From the NCBI GenBank assembly GCA_030834125.1, contig JAURFW010000002.1, positions 289 through 64,288 of the forward strand: a stretch of 64,000 nt of DNA. The letters run 5' to 3'. This document shows, piece after piece, positions 46,896-56,319 of this stretch. This stretch comes from Bacteroidota bacterium. GTDB lineage: Bacteria > Bacteroidota > Bacteroidia > NS11-12g > UBA955. The position numbers were made by a program, and so were the translations under genes. Each line of letters starts with the position of its first letter. The stretch's first letter is position 1. The notes below the pieces were generated by a model. The model did not search any database, was not told where the DNA came from, and saw only the letters and a program-made list of their open reading frames with translations.

Positions 46896-49800
46896 TTGAA
46901 AAGGTCTGTTCTAATGAGAAATAATTACAATAAAGAAGATATTGCAGCAGTTTTCAAAACGCATTTTGCCGAACAGAGCCTTATCGTCATGGACATGGAT
47001 AAAGCGCAGAATTCGGAGTACATTGAAACAGCTCTAGTTAAAATTCAGGATCGCATTCTTCAGAAAAATGATATTGAAAACTGGGTTCAATCTATTCCGC
47101 GCTTTCGAGATGTATTTATTTATGAAAAACTGGAAGAGCCTGTTAGGGTAAGACTTAAAACAATCAACCCATCGATTGAAATTATTGATGCCAATAATTG
47201 GGATGATTCCAAAATCTTAGATTGGCTTGATACACAAGATTTGAATTTAAATATACAGCAAGGCCCATTATTCAAAATTTTCATTTTTAAAAGTGAAAAC
47301 TCCTCATATTTAGCTTGTTGTTATCATCATCTTCTTTTTGATGCTATTTCTATTCAATACGCCTTTGCTTCCTTATTAAAAGGGACTAATATTTCTTTTA
47401 AAGAATGGATACCTGTAAATGAAAATAATAAACAGATTAAAGTTGATGAAGTCGGATTTGAGATGCAAAATTTCGTTCCTCAACCGATAAAAGGAGTAGA
47501 CCAATTTTTATATGAAGAACTAGAACTGCCTGAATTGCATTACAAGGATTTTATGGCAAAATGGGCGGAGTTCATCTTTTTGGCCACAGGAGAAGATCAA
47601 ATTTGCATTGGTGAAGTTTTTAGCCTAAGAAATACAGAGCCTGCTGCGCAGGATGCTATTGGCTATTATGTGCAGACTTGGCCTTTAATACTAAAAAGTA
47701 ATTCTAGTATTAAAGAAGATATTGAAATTCAACGCTCAAAAATTCTAAAACATTTAGATAAGCCTGTACAGTCTTTATATCCCACTGGTCTTTTCGATCA
47801 TTGTTGGGTACTTGAACCAGAAATAAAAAGTGAATATAAAGCAATTTTTAGATCACGTCCACATTATTTACTTTCTATTGTAATTAAAGCAAATAATGAA
47901 GGTGTTTCACTTTGCTTTGTCTGGAATTTAAATAAAATTACTAAGCCAGCAGCTAAGGAAATAATAAATTCATTTAATGAATTTGTAAATAGTAAAAATG
48001 CGATAAAAAAAATAAATAAAGAGTCTTATCAACTTAAGCCTATCAATTATATTTGGACAGAAAAAATTAATTTAAATCCAGATAAAATTGCTGTTCGAGA
48101 TTCAAAAGGAAATAAATTAAGTTATAAGCAGCTTGAAGATCTTTCAGATTCCTTAGCATCTGTCTTGGATGTTAAAATACAAGAGCCTGTAGGAATAAGA
48201 ACATCTAATTCTGTTCTATTAATTGTTTCTATGTTGGCAATTTTAAAAAAGAGGGCAATATATGTACCCTTAGATCCAGAAATATCTGACGAAAGATTTA
48301 AATATATAATAAACGATGCCAATATTAACACTATTATCAGTGATTTAGAGGCAGTGCCTTTGAAAACAATGATTCATCCCATACAAAATAAAGTATCAGG
48401 GGTGCCAATGGATTTAAAGCCTGATTTAAATGATATCTGTTATCTGATTTATACTTCTGGAACTACGGGGCAGCCTAAAGGGTGTTCAGTAATGCAGAAA
48501 AATCTGAGCAACTTGTTTATTGGTACAGCATTGAAATTCGATTTTAAGAAAGACGATTCATGGATTCTTGCTCATAGCTATGGGTTTGATTTTTCAACAT
48601 GGGAAATTTGGGGAGCATTGCTTAATGGAGCTTCACTTTACATTCCTGACCGTAAAGATGTTAAGGATAGCTTTAAATTCTACAAAATATTACAACAGGA
48701 AGAAATAACTATACTTAATCAAACCCCAAAAGCCTTTGAAAATTTAATGATTGTTGGTGAATCAGAAGCACAATTAAGTAAACTACGATATCTGATTTTT
48801 GGCGGTGATAAATTAAATTTTCAAAAGATTTATAATTGGCAATTAAATAATGCTAAGGTAAAGGCAGTAAATATGTATGGTATTACAGAAACCACCGTTC
48901 ATGTTACTTTTAAGGAGGTTGAAGTTGAAGAATTTAGTAATATTGGCAATCCACTTCCTGGGTATGCACTTTCACTTAGAAATGTAAAAGGAAATATAGT
49001 ACCCGATGGTTTTATTGGAGAATTGTATGTTGAAGGAAGCGGCGTTTGCAATGGTTATTTCCAGAAAGAACAATTAACCGCAGAGAAGTTCGATTTTCAG
49101 AAAAACCCAACATATAGGAGTGGCGATTTGGGTTGGCGCATGAATAATGATTTCTATTATTTAGGAAGAAATGACCGTCAAATAAAAATAAGAGGATATA
49201 GGATTGAACTTGGTGAAATTGAATTTTTACTTCAAAAAGAATTTAAGAATCTTTTTAAAATACTTTTTATTAATAACAAGCTATTAGTTGCATTCCATAC
49301 TTGTCCTTTTGACATTGATAGATCCATGTGTATCTCGCTACTCCCAGAATATGGTATTCCTTCAAGGTTTATTAAATTAAAAGAAATTCCCCTTAATGTT
49401 AATGGAAAAACTGATGAAGAAGCTTTAAAAAATATTTTAAATGAAGTTCAAAAAGACAAATCAAATGGGACCGATGATTTGTTTTCATATTTTTCAAAAG
49501 TTTTAGGTAATAATTTAGACTTACACAGAAGTTTCATTGAAAATGGAGGTGATAGTATCAGTGCAATCAGGCTTATAAATACCCTTCGTAAGGATAATTT
49601 TAATCTTTCAATTCAAGATCTTTTTACAACCTCATCTCTTTCTCAATTAAAATTGAAAAAACTTAATGAGAATAGTATTAGAGAAAGTTGGATGAATGAT
49701 CCATTAATTGATACTTTAAATTTAGAAAATCAATTAAAAATTGATGGAGTATTTCCGCTAAGTGAGTCTCAAATTGGTATTTTATATGACAGTTTAGCTG

Positions 49801-52800
49801 GAACAGAAGATGTTTACATGGTTCAATTAACTTATGAAATTGGGTCTGATATTACCGTAAAACAGCTTCGCAAGGCATATTTAAATGTAATGCATGCTTT
49901 GCCAGCACTTCAACTTCAAATAAGAAAACACGAAGACACATTTCTTTGGGTATTACCCAAAGAACCTTTAGTAGAAATAGAACAGCTTGATTATTCCGGC
50001 AATCTAAATGATTTTCTTGCATCGGACTTTAAAAAACCATTTGATTTTTCTAAAAATTTAATGCGATTAAGTATTTTAACTAATGAGAATGGAAATAGTC
50101 AACTAATTTGGACTCATCATCATATTTTAATGGATGGATGGTCATTAGGGTTGTTTAGTAAATTATTATTTGAATCTCTAAAGGGTAATCCAATAATTAA
50201 GCAAACTTCATATTTGGATTTTTTATACAGCTTTAAAGACAAAAAATCATCCAATGAAACATATTGGAAATCTAGATTAGAGAAATGTAGTAATGATCCG
50301 TTGATACCATATCTAACTAAAGGTGAAGAATCGGATAATTATGGAGAGTTTGTATTAGAAATTAATGAAATCCCGTTATGGCGCGAACTTACCCATTCAG
50401 GACTAACTCAACATAATTTTGTTTATTCGGCTTGGCTTGCATTTTTAACAGCAGTTTTCAATAAAAATGAAATAAATATCGGAAATGTAATTTCTTTAAG
50501 AGAAGGTAATCTTGTTGAAGAGGTCGGTATGTTTATTCAAACTTTACCGTTTTATATGGCCACTGTTAAAGATGAATTATTTTCAGACTTTTCCGGTAGG
50601 GTGAAACATCAACTGCTCGAGGATATCGAACATAAGGAATTATCATATAAAACCCTTGAAGGAATAAATTTAAATTTAGACCATATTTTCGTTTTTGAAA
50701 ACTATCCAATTGATGAATCTGTATATGATAACTCATCTATCAGTATTGGGGAGTTTAAAGAAAGAACTGCCGCTAAATGGACCTTGATTTGTTATCCCAC
50801 TCAGAAAGGAATAAAAATTAGAACCTTGTTTCAAGGTGATTTTTATAATTCTGAATATGTAGGAGAGATAATGAGGAGGTTTGCAGAATTTATCCAAAAT
50901 ATTCATTGGGATTATAAAATAGGTTCTATTCCAAAATATATTACTAAGGCACCAATTCTGGAAGGTAAAAATAAACCTTTGCCGAAAATAGATAATCTAT
51001 TCGACTATTTTACCTCCAATGATGGTTTTAAAATTATCAGTATCAATGATGAGCTAACTGATGTCGATATTCACAATAAAACTAAAAGAATTGCGATAAA
51101 ACTCAGTGAACTTGGAATTGAAAATAATGAAGCTGTGGGAATCGACTTAAAATCAGTAAGTAATTTTGTTATTGCTGTATTGAGCATTTGGAAAGTTAAT
51201 GCGGTTCCTTGTTCAGTAGATTATCGTTATCCACAACAACGAAAATCATTTATTTGGGAAAATGCATCTTGCCGTTTTGTTATCTTAGAGAAAGATGGTG
51301 AAATATTTATTGAAACCAATGAATTTCCAAAAATGATGCAATCTGCAGATGCTTCGTTCATTCTTCATACCTCTGGATCAACAGGAATACCTAAAGGGGT
51401 TATTCAGACGAAAGACTGTTTGATTCATTTGGCTAATTGGACTGCAACTGAACTTGGATTAAACAAGAAGGATAGAATTTTAGCACTTTCCTCATTCGGT
51501 TTTGATGCTTCATATCACGAAATGATATTATGGCTTTCACTTGCAGGAACGCTTGTTGAAATGCCATACGAATCGAGACAGGATATTCAAGAAATTAGAA
51601 AATTTATTATTTCCAAACAAATAAGTATTGCTTGGATTCCTGCACGACTTCTAAATTCGATACTTGAAATTGAGCCCTTCTATTTCGATGAATGTCAATC
51701 TCTTAAACAAATTGTCACAACAGGAGAAGCATTGATTATTGGCGAAGCTCTAAGTAATTGGGTAAAGCGTGAAAATATCAGATTATTTAATTTTTATGGA
51801 CCTACCGAAACCCATGTGGTAACTGCGAAGGTTATAGATAAAAACAATATCTCAACAATCCCAGACATTGGCCAACCTATTAATAATGCCGCAATTGGTA
51901 TTTTCAACAGCGATGGGGAACCGGTACCAAAGGGATTTACTGGAGAATTATTCATTTCCGGTCCATACCTGGCTAATGGATATTTAAAAGACGAAGATTT
52001 AGATAGTAAAAAATTTGTTTATCGAAATAATGTAAGGTGGTATAAAAGCGGTGATATCGGTTGGTTTAATGAAAATCAAAATATTGAATATCTGGGTCGT
52101 TTAGATGATCAGATTAAAATAAGAGGTTATCGAATTGAGCCATTTGAGGTGGAATCTCTAATTCATAAAGTTGAGGGGGTAAAACAGGTCGCCATCGCGG
52201 TTGATAAAACAGAAGAAACAAAACTGATTGCTTTTTGGACAGGTAAAAAGATATCGGATATGGAATTTCGAAAAAACTGTTTGAAAATTTTACCAGAATT
52301 TATGATTCCCGAGGTTCAAATTTATCTCGATAGTTTGCCAAGAAATATTAATGGAAAAATTGATCGTAAATTACTGTTAGAAAATTATTTTTCAAATAAA
52401 GAAGCTACATCTAATAGTATACCTAATAGCTCGGGCTCTCGTTGTTGGAAAGCTATTTTGGGACATGAAAATTTTAGAAAAAATTCACAATTTCTGTCTG
52501 TAGGTGGTAATTCAATTAAAATTATGCGAATGCAAGCCTGGTTAGAAAAAAATTATGGAATATCTTGTACTGTAAAAGAGCTAATAATAAATCAAACAAT
52601 AGCCGAACTTGATGATTTGATTATTAAAAAAGATGCGGAAAGCACATTTTTATTACCGGATGCTATTCCCTTAAATAAGCTTCAAGATGATTTATTACTT
52701 GCAGAAGAAGGTAATTATATCTCTAAGGATTCTCCTTTTTTATTGTCTTTCACCTGCGACATGACGAAAAAATATGAAATCAATGAATTTGAAAGAGCAA

Positions 52801-53681
52801 TTGAATATGTTTTCGAGTGTTATCCGCATTTAACCTATGTTTTCGATAATAATCAAAAACGCAAACGGTTTGTAAAATGCGAGAACTTTAGAGAATTTAT
52901 AAAAGTCCCACTCCATAAAGATTCATTGCAATCCGCAGAGCCGTTGTTGAGAATTTTCCAGGAGGATGGTAAATTGACAGTCCAATGGCATCATATTGTA
53001 CTTGATGCGGTAGGCATTTCAATATTCATGCAAACCTTTTATTCTTTATTAGAGGGTGAAGAAACTAGAATTAAACGAAGTTATAATTCCTTTTTACAAC
53101 AACATAGTATTAAAAATATTGCAAAAACGGAAAGTTCATCAAAAGAATGTATAGTGTTCAATAAAATTATTGGACCTGATGAAAAAAAATTACTTGAAAT
53201 TCTTGGTATTGAATTAAAACTAAGTTTACATGATGTATTTTTATTGGTGTCGCATAGTCTTTTTGGTCTTGAAAGCCTTATTGCCTATACGGATAATGAA
53301 CTGCAATGCGGAATACCCGGAATGTTTACATTTTTAAATTGTAGTAGTGTAACTGAAAAAGGATGTATACTTCAAAAAAATGTAGTAAGTGATAAAAAGG
53401 TTTCAATGGTAACTAACTTTATGTATGCTCCCGAACTTCCGATTGATGTTAATATTGAATCGTCTGCTGTGAAATTATGTAAGTATCTTTATGAATTTCA
53501 AATTGAAGTATTTGAAGATAAAATTCAGTTGCAATTTATTTGTGAATTTGATAATAAATCGTCTGAGGATAAAGCAAATCAACTATTTAATAATATTGAC
53601 AAATTATTAGTTGAAAAGTCATTTCAAGCATTATTTGATCGAAGAAACAATGAGATTCATTTTGAAGATTTTGATTTTTAA
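46896..53681 (+). CDS. NRPS protein 4: C - A - T - C - A - T - C, ending in a condensation-type domain with no T or TE.
   Basis: 2261 aa. C1 'YHHLLFDAIS' (~47322). A1 'LIYTSGTTGQPKG' (~48454), 'FDFS', 'NMYGITETTVHVT', 'YRSGDLG', 'GRNDRQIKIRGYRIELGEIE', 'NVNGKTD'. T1 'ENGGDSISAIRL' (~49541). C2 'THHHILMDGWSLG' (~50112). A2 'FILHTSGSTGIPKGV' (~51367), 'FDAS', 'NFYGPTETHVVTA', 'YKSGDIG', 'GRLDDQIKIRGYRIEPFEVE', 'NINGKID'. T2 'SVGGNSIKIM' (~52491). C3 'WHHIVLDAVG' (~52989), about 400 aa to the stop. Confidence 0.9.
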   Translation: MKRSVLMRNNYNKEDIAAVFKTHFAEQSLIVMDMDKAQNSEYIETALVKIQDRILQKNDIENWVQSIPRFRDVFIYEKLEEPVRVRLKTINPSIEIIDANNWDDSKILDWLDTQDLNLNIQQGPLFKIFIFKSENSSYLACCYHHLLFDAISIQYAFASLLKGTNISFKEWIPVNENNKQIKVDEVGFEMQNFVPQPIKGVDQFLYEELELPELHYKDFMAKWAEFIFLATGEDQICIGEVFSLRNTEPAAQDAIGYYVQTWPLILKSNSSIKEDIEIQRSKILKHLDKPVQSLYPTGLFDHCWVLEPEIKSEYKAIFRSRPHYLLSIVIKANNEGVSLCFVWNLNKITKPAAKEIINSFNEFVNSKNAIKKINKESYQLKPINYIWTEKINLNPDKIAVRDSKGNKLSYKQLEDLSDSLASVLDVKIQEPVGIRTSNSVLLIVSMLAILKKRAIYVPLDPEISDERFKYIINDANINTIISDLEAVPLKTMIHPIQNKVSGVPMDLKPDLNDICYLIYTSGTTGQPKGCSVMQKNLSNLFIGTALKFDFKKDDSWILAHSYGFDFSTWEIWGALLNGASLYIPDRKDVKDSFKFYKILQQEEITILNQTPKAFENLMIVGESEAQLSKLRYLIFGGDKLNFQKIYNWQLNNAKVKAVNMYGITETTVHVTFKEVEVEEFSNIGNPLPGYALSLRNVKGNIVPDGFIGELYVEGSGVCNGYFQKEQLTAEKFDFQKNPTYRSGDLGWRMNNDFYYLGRNDRQIKIRGYRIELGEIEFLLQKEFKNLFKILFINNKLLVAFHTCPFDIDRSMCISLLPEYGIPSRFIKLKEIPLNVNGKTDEEALKNILNEVQKDKSNGTDDLFSYFSKVLGNNLDLHRSFIENGGDSISAIRLINTLRKDNFNLSIQDLFTTSSLSQLKLKKLNENSIRESWMNDPLIDTLNLENQLKIDGVFPLSESQIGILYDSLAGTEDVYMVQLTYEIGSDITVKQLRKAYLNVMHALPALQLQIRKHEDTFLWVLPKEPLVEIEQLDYSGNLNDFLASDFKKPFDFSKNLMRLSILTNENGNSQLIWTHHHILMDGWSLGLFSKLLFESLKGNPIIKQTSYLDFLYSFKDKKSSNETYWKSRLEKCSNDPLIPYLTKGEESDNYGEFVLEINEIPLWRELTHSGLTQHNFVYSAWLAFLTAVFNKNEINIGNVISLREGNLVEEVGMFIQTLPFYMATVKDELFSDFSGRVKHQLLEDIEHKELSYKTLEGINLNLDHIFVFENYPIDESVYDNSSISIGEFKERTAAKWTLICYPTQKGIKIRTLFQGDFYNSEYVGEIMRRFAEFIQNIHWDYKIGSIPKYITKAPILEGKNKPLPKIDNLFDYFTSNDGFKIISINDELTDVDIHNKTKRIAIKLSELGIENNEAVGIDLKSVSNFVIAVLSIWKVNAVPCSVDYRYPQQRKSFIWENASCRFVILEKDGEIFIETNEFPKMMQSADASFILHTSGSTGIPKGVIQTKDCLIHLANWTATELGLNKKDRILALSSFGFDASYHEMILWLSLAGTLVEMPYESRQDIQEIRKFIISKQISIAWIPARLLNSILEIEPFYFDECQSLKQIVTTGEALIIGEALSNWVKRENIRLFNFYGPTETHVVTAKVIDKNNISTIPDIGQPINNAAIGIFNSDGEPVPKGFTGELFISGPYLANGYLKDEDLDSKKFVYRNNVRWYKSGDIGWFNENQNIEYLGRLDDQIKIRGYRIEPFEVESLIHKVEGVKQVAIAVDKTEETKLIAFWTGKKISDMEFRKNCLKILPEFMIPEVQIYLDSLPRNINGKIDRKLLLENYFSNKEATSNSIPNSSGSRCWKAILGHENFRKNSQFLSVGGNSIKIMRMQAWLEKNYGISCTVKELIINQTIAELDDLIIKKDAESTFLLPDAIPLNKLQDDLLLAEEGNYISKDSPFLLSFTCDMTKKYEINEFERAIEYVFECYPHLTYVFDNNQKRKRFVKCENFREFIKVPLHKDSLQSAEPLLRIFQEDGKLTVQWHHIVLDAVGISIFMQTFYSLLEGEETRIKRSYNSFLQQHSIKNIAKTESSSKECIVFNKIIGPDEKKLLEILGIELKLSLHDVFLLVSHSLFGLESLIAYTDNELQCGIPGMFTFLNCSSVTEKGCILQKNVVSDKKVSMVTNFMYAPELPIDVNIESSAVKLCKYLYEFQIEVFEDKIQLQFICEFDNKSSEDKANQLFNNIDKLLVEKSFQALFDRRNNEIHFEDFDF

Positions 53682-54526
53682 TGAGAGATTCGTTAAAGCA
53701 TATAGTTGATAAACTTGCCGTTAAGGGTTTTAGAAAAGCGGGAGGAGATAGTTGGAATGATGCAATGAAAATAATGCATCAATTGATTACACATTATTGT
53801 TGCGAACCTACAGCTTCGGTTTGGAAGGATGACAACGGCACTATATACACAAATTTCTCACTTTTTTTTAAAGGTAAGATTCATAAGAAAATTGTTATAG
53901 GAGCGCATTACGACACATATGAAGATACTCCAGGTGCTGATGATAATGCCTCTGCAGTTGCAGTATTACTTGGATTATCGAGCAAATTGAGGGATATTGA
54001 AAATCTTCCTTATGATACTGAATTAGTTTTCTACGCTTGCGAGGAGCCACCCTTTTTCGGGACGGATGCTATGGGGAGTTTTAAGCATGCGATAGCTTGT
54101 TCTCCAGGCAATACAAATTTGATGATTTGTCTTGAAATGGTAGGTTTTTATTCTAATGAATTGGGTAGTCAGAAATATCCTTTTTCAATATTTAATTTAC
54201 TTTATGGGAAAAAGGCAAATTATCTAATGTTAGTTTCCAACTTCAAATCTAGAAGGGTTTTACGTCCTCTACGCAATGTATTTAAAGAAAGTTCTATGAT
54301 TTACAAGATCTTTATTTCTCCCTTCAAATCTTTCGGAATGGATTGGTCCGATCATAGAAATTACTGGTCAAAGAATATACCAGCAATCATGATTACAGAT
54401 ACTTCAGTATTTAGAAATTCAAATTATCATCAATTAACCGATACTCCAAATACTTTAGATTATGATAAAATGGCTGTTCTGACTCAAGATTTGTTTAAAT
54501 TAGTAAAAAATATAGAATTGAATTAA
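53681..54526 (+). CDS. M28-fold zinc metallopeptidase-like protein (aminopeptidase or glutaminyl-cyclase fold).
   Basis: 281 aa. 'IGAHYDTYEDTPGADDNASAVAVLLGLS' matches the M28 metal-ligand block H-x-D...D-D-N-A-S-G/A-V-A. 'YACEEPPFFGTDAMGS' supplies the Glu-Glu pair. Its start overlaps the NRPS-4 stop by 1 nt. Confidence 0.6.
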   Translation: MRDSLKHIVDKLAVKGFRKAGGDSWNDAMKIMHQLITHYCCEPTASVWKDDNGTIYTNFSLFFKGKIHKKIVIGAHYDTYEDTPGADDNASAVAVLLGLSSKLRDIENLPYDTELVFYACEEPPFFGTDAMGSFKHAIACSPGNTNLMICLEMVGFYSNELGSQKYPFSIFNLLYGKKANYLMLVSNFKSRRVLRPLRNVFKESSMIYKIFISPFKSFGMDWSDHRNYWSKNIPAIMITDTSVFRNSNYHQLTDTPNTLDYDKMAVLTQDLFKLVKNIELN

Positions 54527-54527
54527 C

Positions 54528-55295
54528 ATGCAAAATCACAAAAAAATTATTGGTCTTTTACCAAATGAAGATGCTTATGGTAATAATATAGCAGATACTT
54601 TTTATGGTAAAGGTGGGGGATATGATATTATTGAAAGAGAAGATGGACATTTTACATTAAACGGCGATAGTGACGCATATACGGAAGCATTTGATAATTG
54701 GTCTCAAATACAAAAATTATCAAGCAAATATGTTAATGGAAAAGTCCTAGACATAGGATGTGGTGGAGGAAAGCATTCAGTTTATTTTCAGGAACAAGGT
54801 GTTAATATTACTGGTATGGATAATTCTCCACTTGCATTGCAAATTTGTGGAGAAAGAGGCCTTGAAAATACTTTATTGTGTGATGTTCTTCGCCTAGACC
54901 ACACGGTTATTGATGAATTGGATTCAATCATTCTTTGGGGAAATAATTTTGGATTGCTTCAAAATTCAGTTGTAGCAAAAAAATTCTTCAAGAATTGCCT
55001 CAAAATGTGTAATCCTGATGCGAAAATACTGATAGAAACACTAGACCCTTATGGAAAAGCCTTCAATTTAGACGATGATAAATCATACATAGAAGAAAAT
55101 AGGCTTAATGGTCGATTAGGTGGGCAAATTCGGGTTAGAGTCAGGTATCGACATTTTGTTACCCCATGGAGAGATTATCTTTTTGTATCCAAACAAGAAT
55201 TGAATGAAATTTTAGAAGATACAGGTTGGATAGTTACTAATACTTTTGACGACAAAGAGATTGATCAATATATAGCGGTTATTGAAAGAAATTAA
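54528..55295 (+). CDS. Class I SAM-dependent methyltransferase. Last gene of the cluster string.
   Basis: 255 aa. Motif I 'VLDIGCGGGKHSVYF' and motif II 'ITGMDNSPLAL'. Confidence 0.7.
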   Translation: MQNHKKIIGLLPNEDAYGNNIADTFYGKGGGYDIIEREDGHFTLNGDSDAYTEAFDNWSQIQKLSSKYVNGKVLDIGCGGGKHSVYFQEQGVNITGMDNSPLALQICGERGLENTLLCDVLRLDHTVIDELDSIILWGNNFGLLQNSVVAKKFFKNCLKMCNPDAKILIETLDPYGKAFNLDDDKSYIEENRLNGRLGGQIRVRVRYRHFVTPWRDYLFVSKQELNEILEDTGWIVTNTFDDKEIDQYIAVIERN

Positions 55296-55355
55296 TTAAC
55301 ATATATTAACGGAAAAGTATAATTAGGTGGTTTTTCTTAGTGAAGTTTTTTACTC

Positions 55356-55859
55356 TTACAGAATCACTCTTTCACTTCCTTGGTACTTTGTATCGTAAAT
55401 TACAAAACCGGCATCTTCAAATATACCGGCAATCTCGCCGGGATTCATAAACAAAGATTTGCCATATTTCTGTTTGTGGTATTTGTGTGTATGACCAAAA
55501 AACACAGCATCATACCAACCTGTTTTTACCATTGTTTTTGCATAAAACGGATAATGAGTTACTCCAAAATTAAGACCATCTAATATTAATAAATCATCAT
55601 CATCTCCAATATATTCTCCGTGTATTAAAATATTAGTGTAATTCTGCGAAACTCTTTCAATTTGAAATTTATCACCGTCATTGTTTCCAAAAACGAGATG
55701 AAAGTTAATTCCAGAATCACCTAAAGTTTTTATAATGAACGGTGAACATAGATCTCCGCAAACTATTCCATGTTCTATATTTCTTCCTTTAATTATACTG
55801 ATGGCCTTGTTAAGGTTTTCCACATGATCGTGTATGTCGCTGATTATTGCTATTTCCAT
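55356..55859 (-). CDS. Metallophosphoesterase (YfcE/MJ0936 family).
   Basis: 167 aa. 'IAIISDIHDHVENL', 'GDLCSP' and 'FFGHTHK' match calcineurin-like phosphoesterase motifs. Confidence 0.8.
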   Translation of the reverse strand: MEIAIISDIHDHVENLNKAISIIKGRNIEHGIVCGDLCSPFIIKTLGDSGINFHLVFGNNDGDKFQIERVSQNYTNILIHGEYIGDDDDLLILDGLNFGVTHYPFYAKTMVKTGWYDAVFFGHTHKYHKQKYGKSLFMNPGEIAGIFEDAGFVIYDTKYQGSERVIL

Positions 55860-55925
55860 GGTGTGTATTAGAAATTTCCTCGAAAATACAAAAGCACGCT
55901 AAATTTGTAACAGATATTTGCAAAT

Positions 55926-56273
55926 ATGGCCATAATCATAACAGAAGAATGTATAAACTGTGGAGCTTGCGAGCCCGAATGTCCAAATAATGCAATTTAT
56001 GAAGCAGGTGTTGAATGGGCTATTTCTGAGGGAACAGAGGTACAGGGGACATTCAAAATGAAGAGTGGAGAGGATGTTGATGTTGACAAGAAATTCGGCC
56101 CCGTGAGTGATGAGGTTTATTATATAGTACCTGATAAGTGTACAGAATGTATGGGATTCCATGAAGAACCACAATGTGCAGCCGTATGCCCTGTAGATTG
56201 TTGTGTTCCAGATCCTGATAACGAAGAAACAGAAGACGTACTATTAGATAGACAGTCGAGACTGCATCCTTAA
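55926..56273 (+). CDS. 4Fe-4S ferredoxin.
   Basis: 115 aa. '[16 protein letters not shown]' and '[22 protein letters not shown]' form two Cys clusters. Confidence 0.85.
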   Translation: MAIIITEECINCGACEPECPNNAIYEAGVEWAISEGTEVQGTFKMKSGEDVDVDKKFGPVSDEVYYIVPDKCTECMGFHEEPQCAAVCPVDCCVPDPDNEETEDVLLDRQSRLHP

Positions 56274-56319
56274 GGTTTCTTTGTTTTTTAGTGCTAGAAG
56301 TCTTTATTTGTAGAGACTC

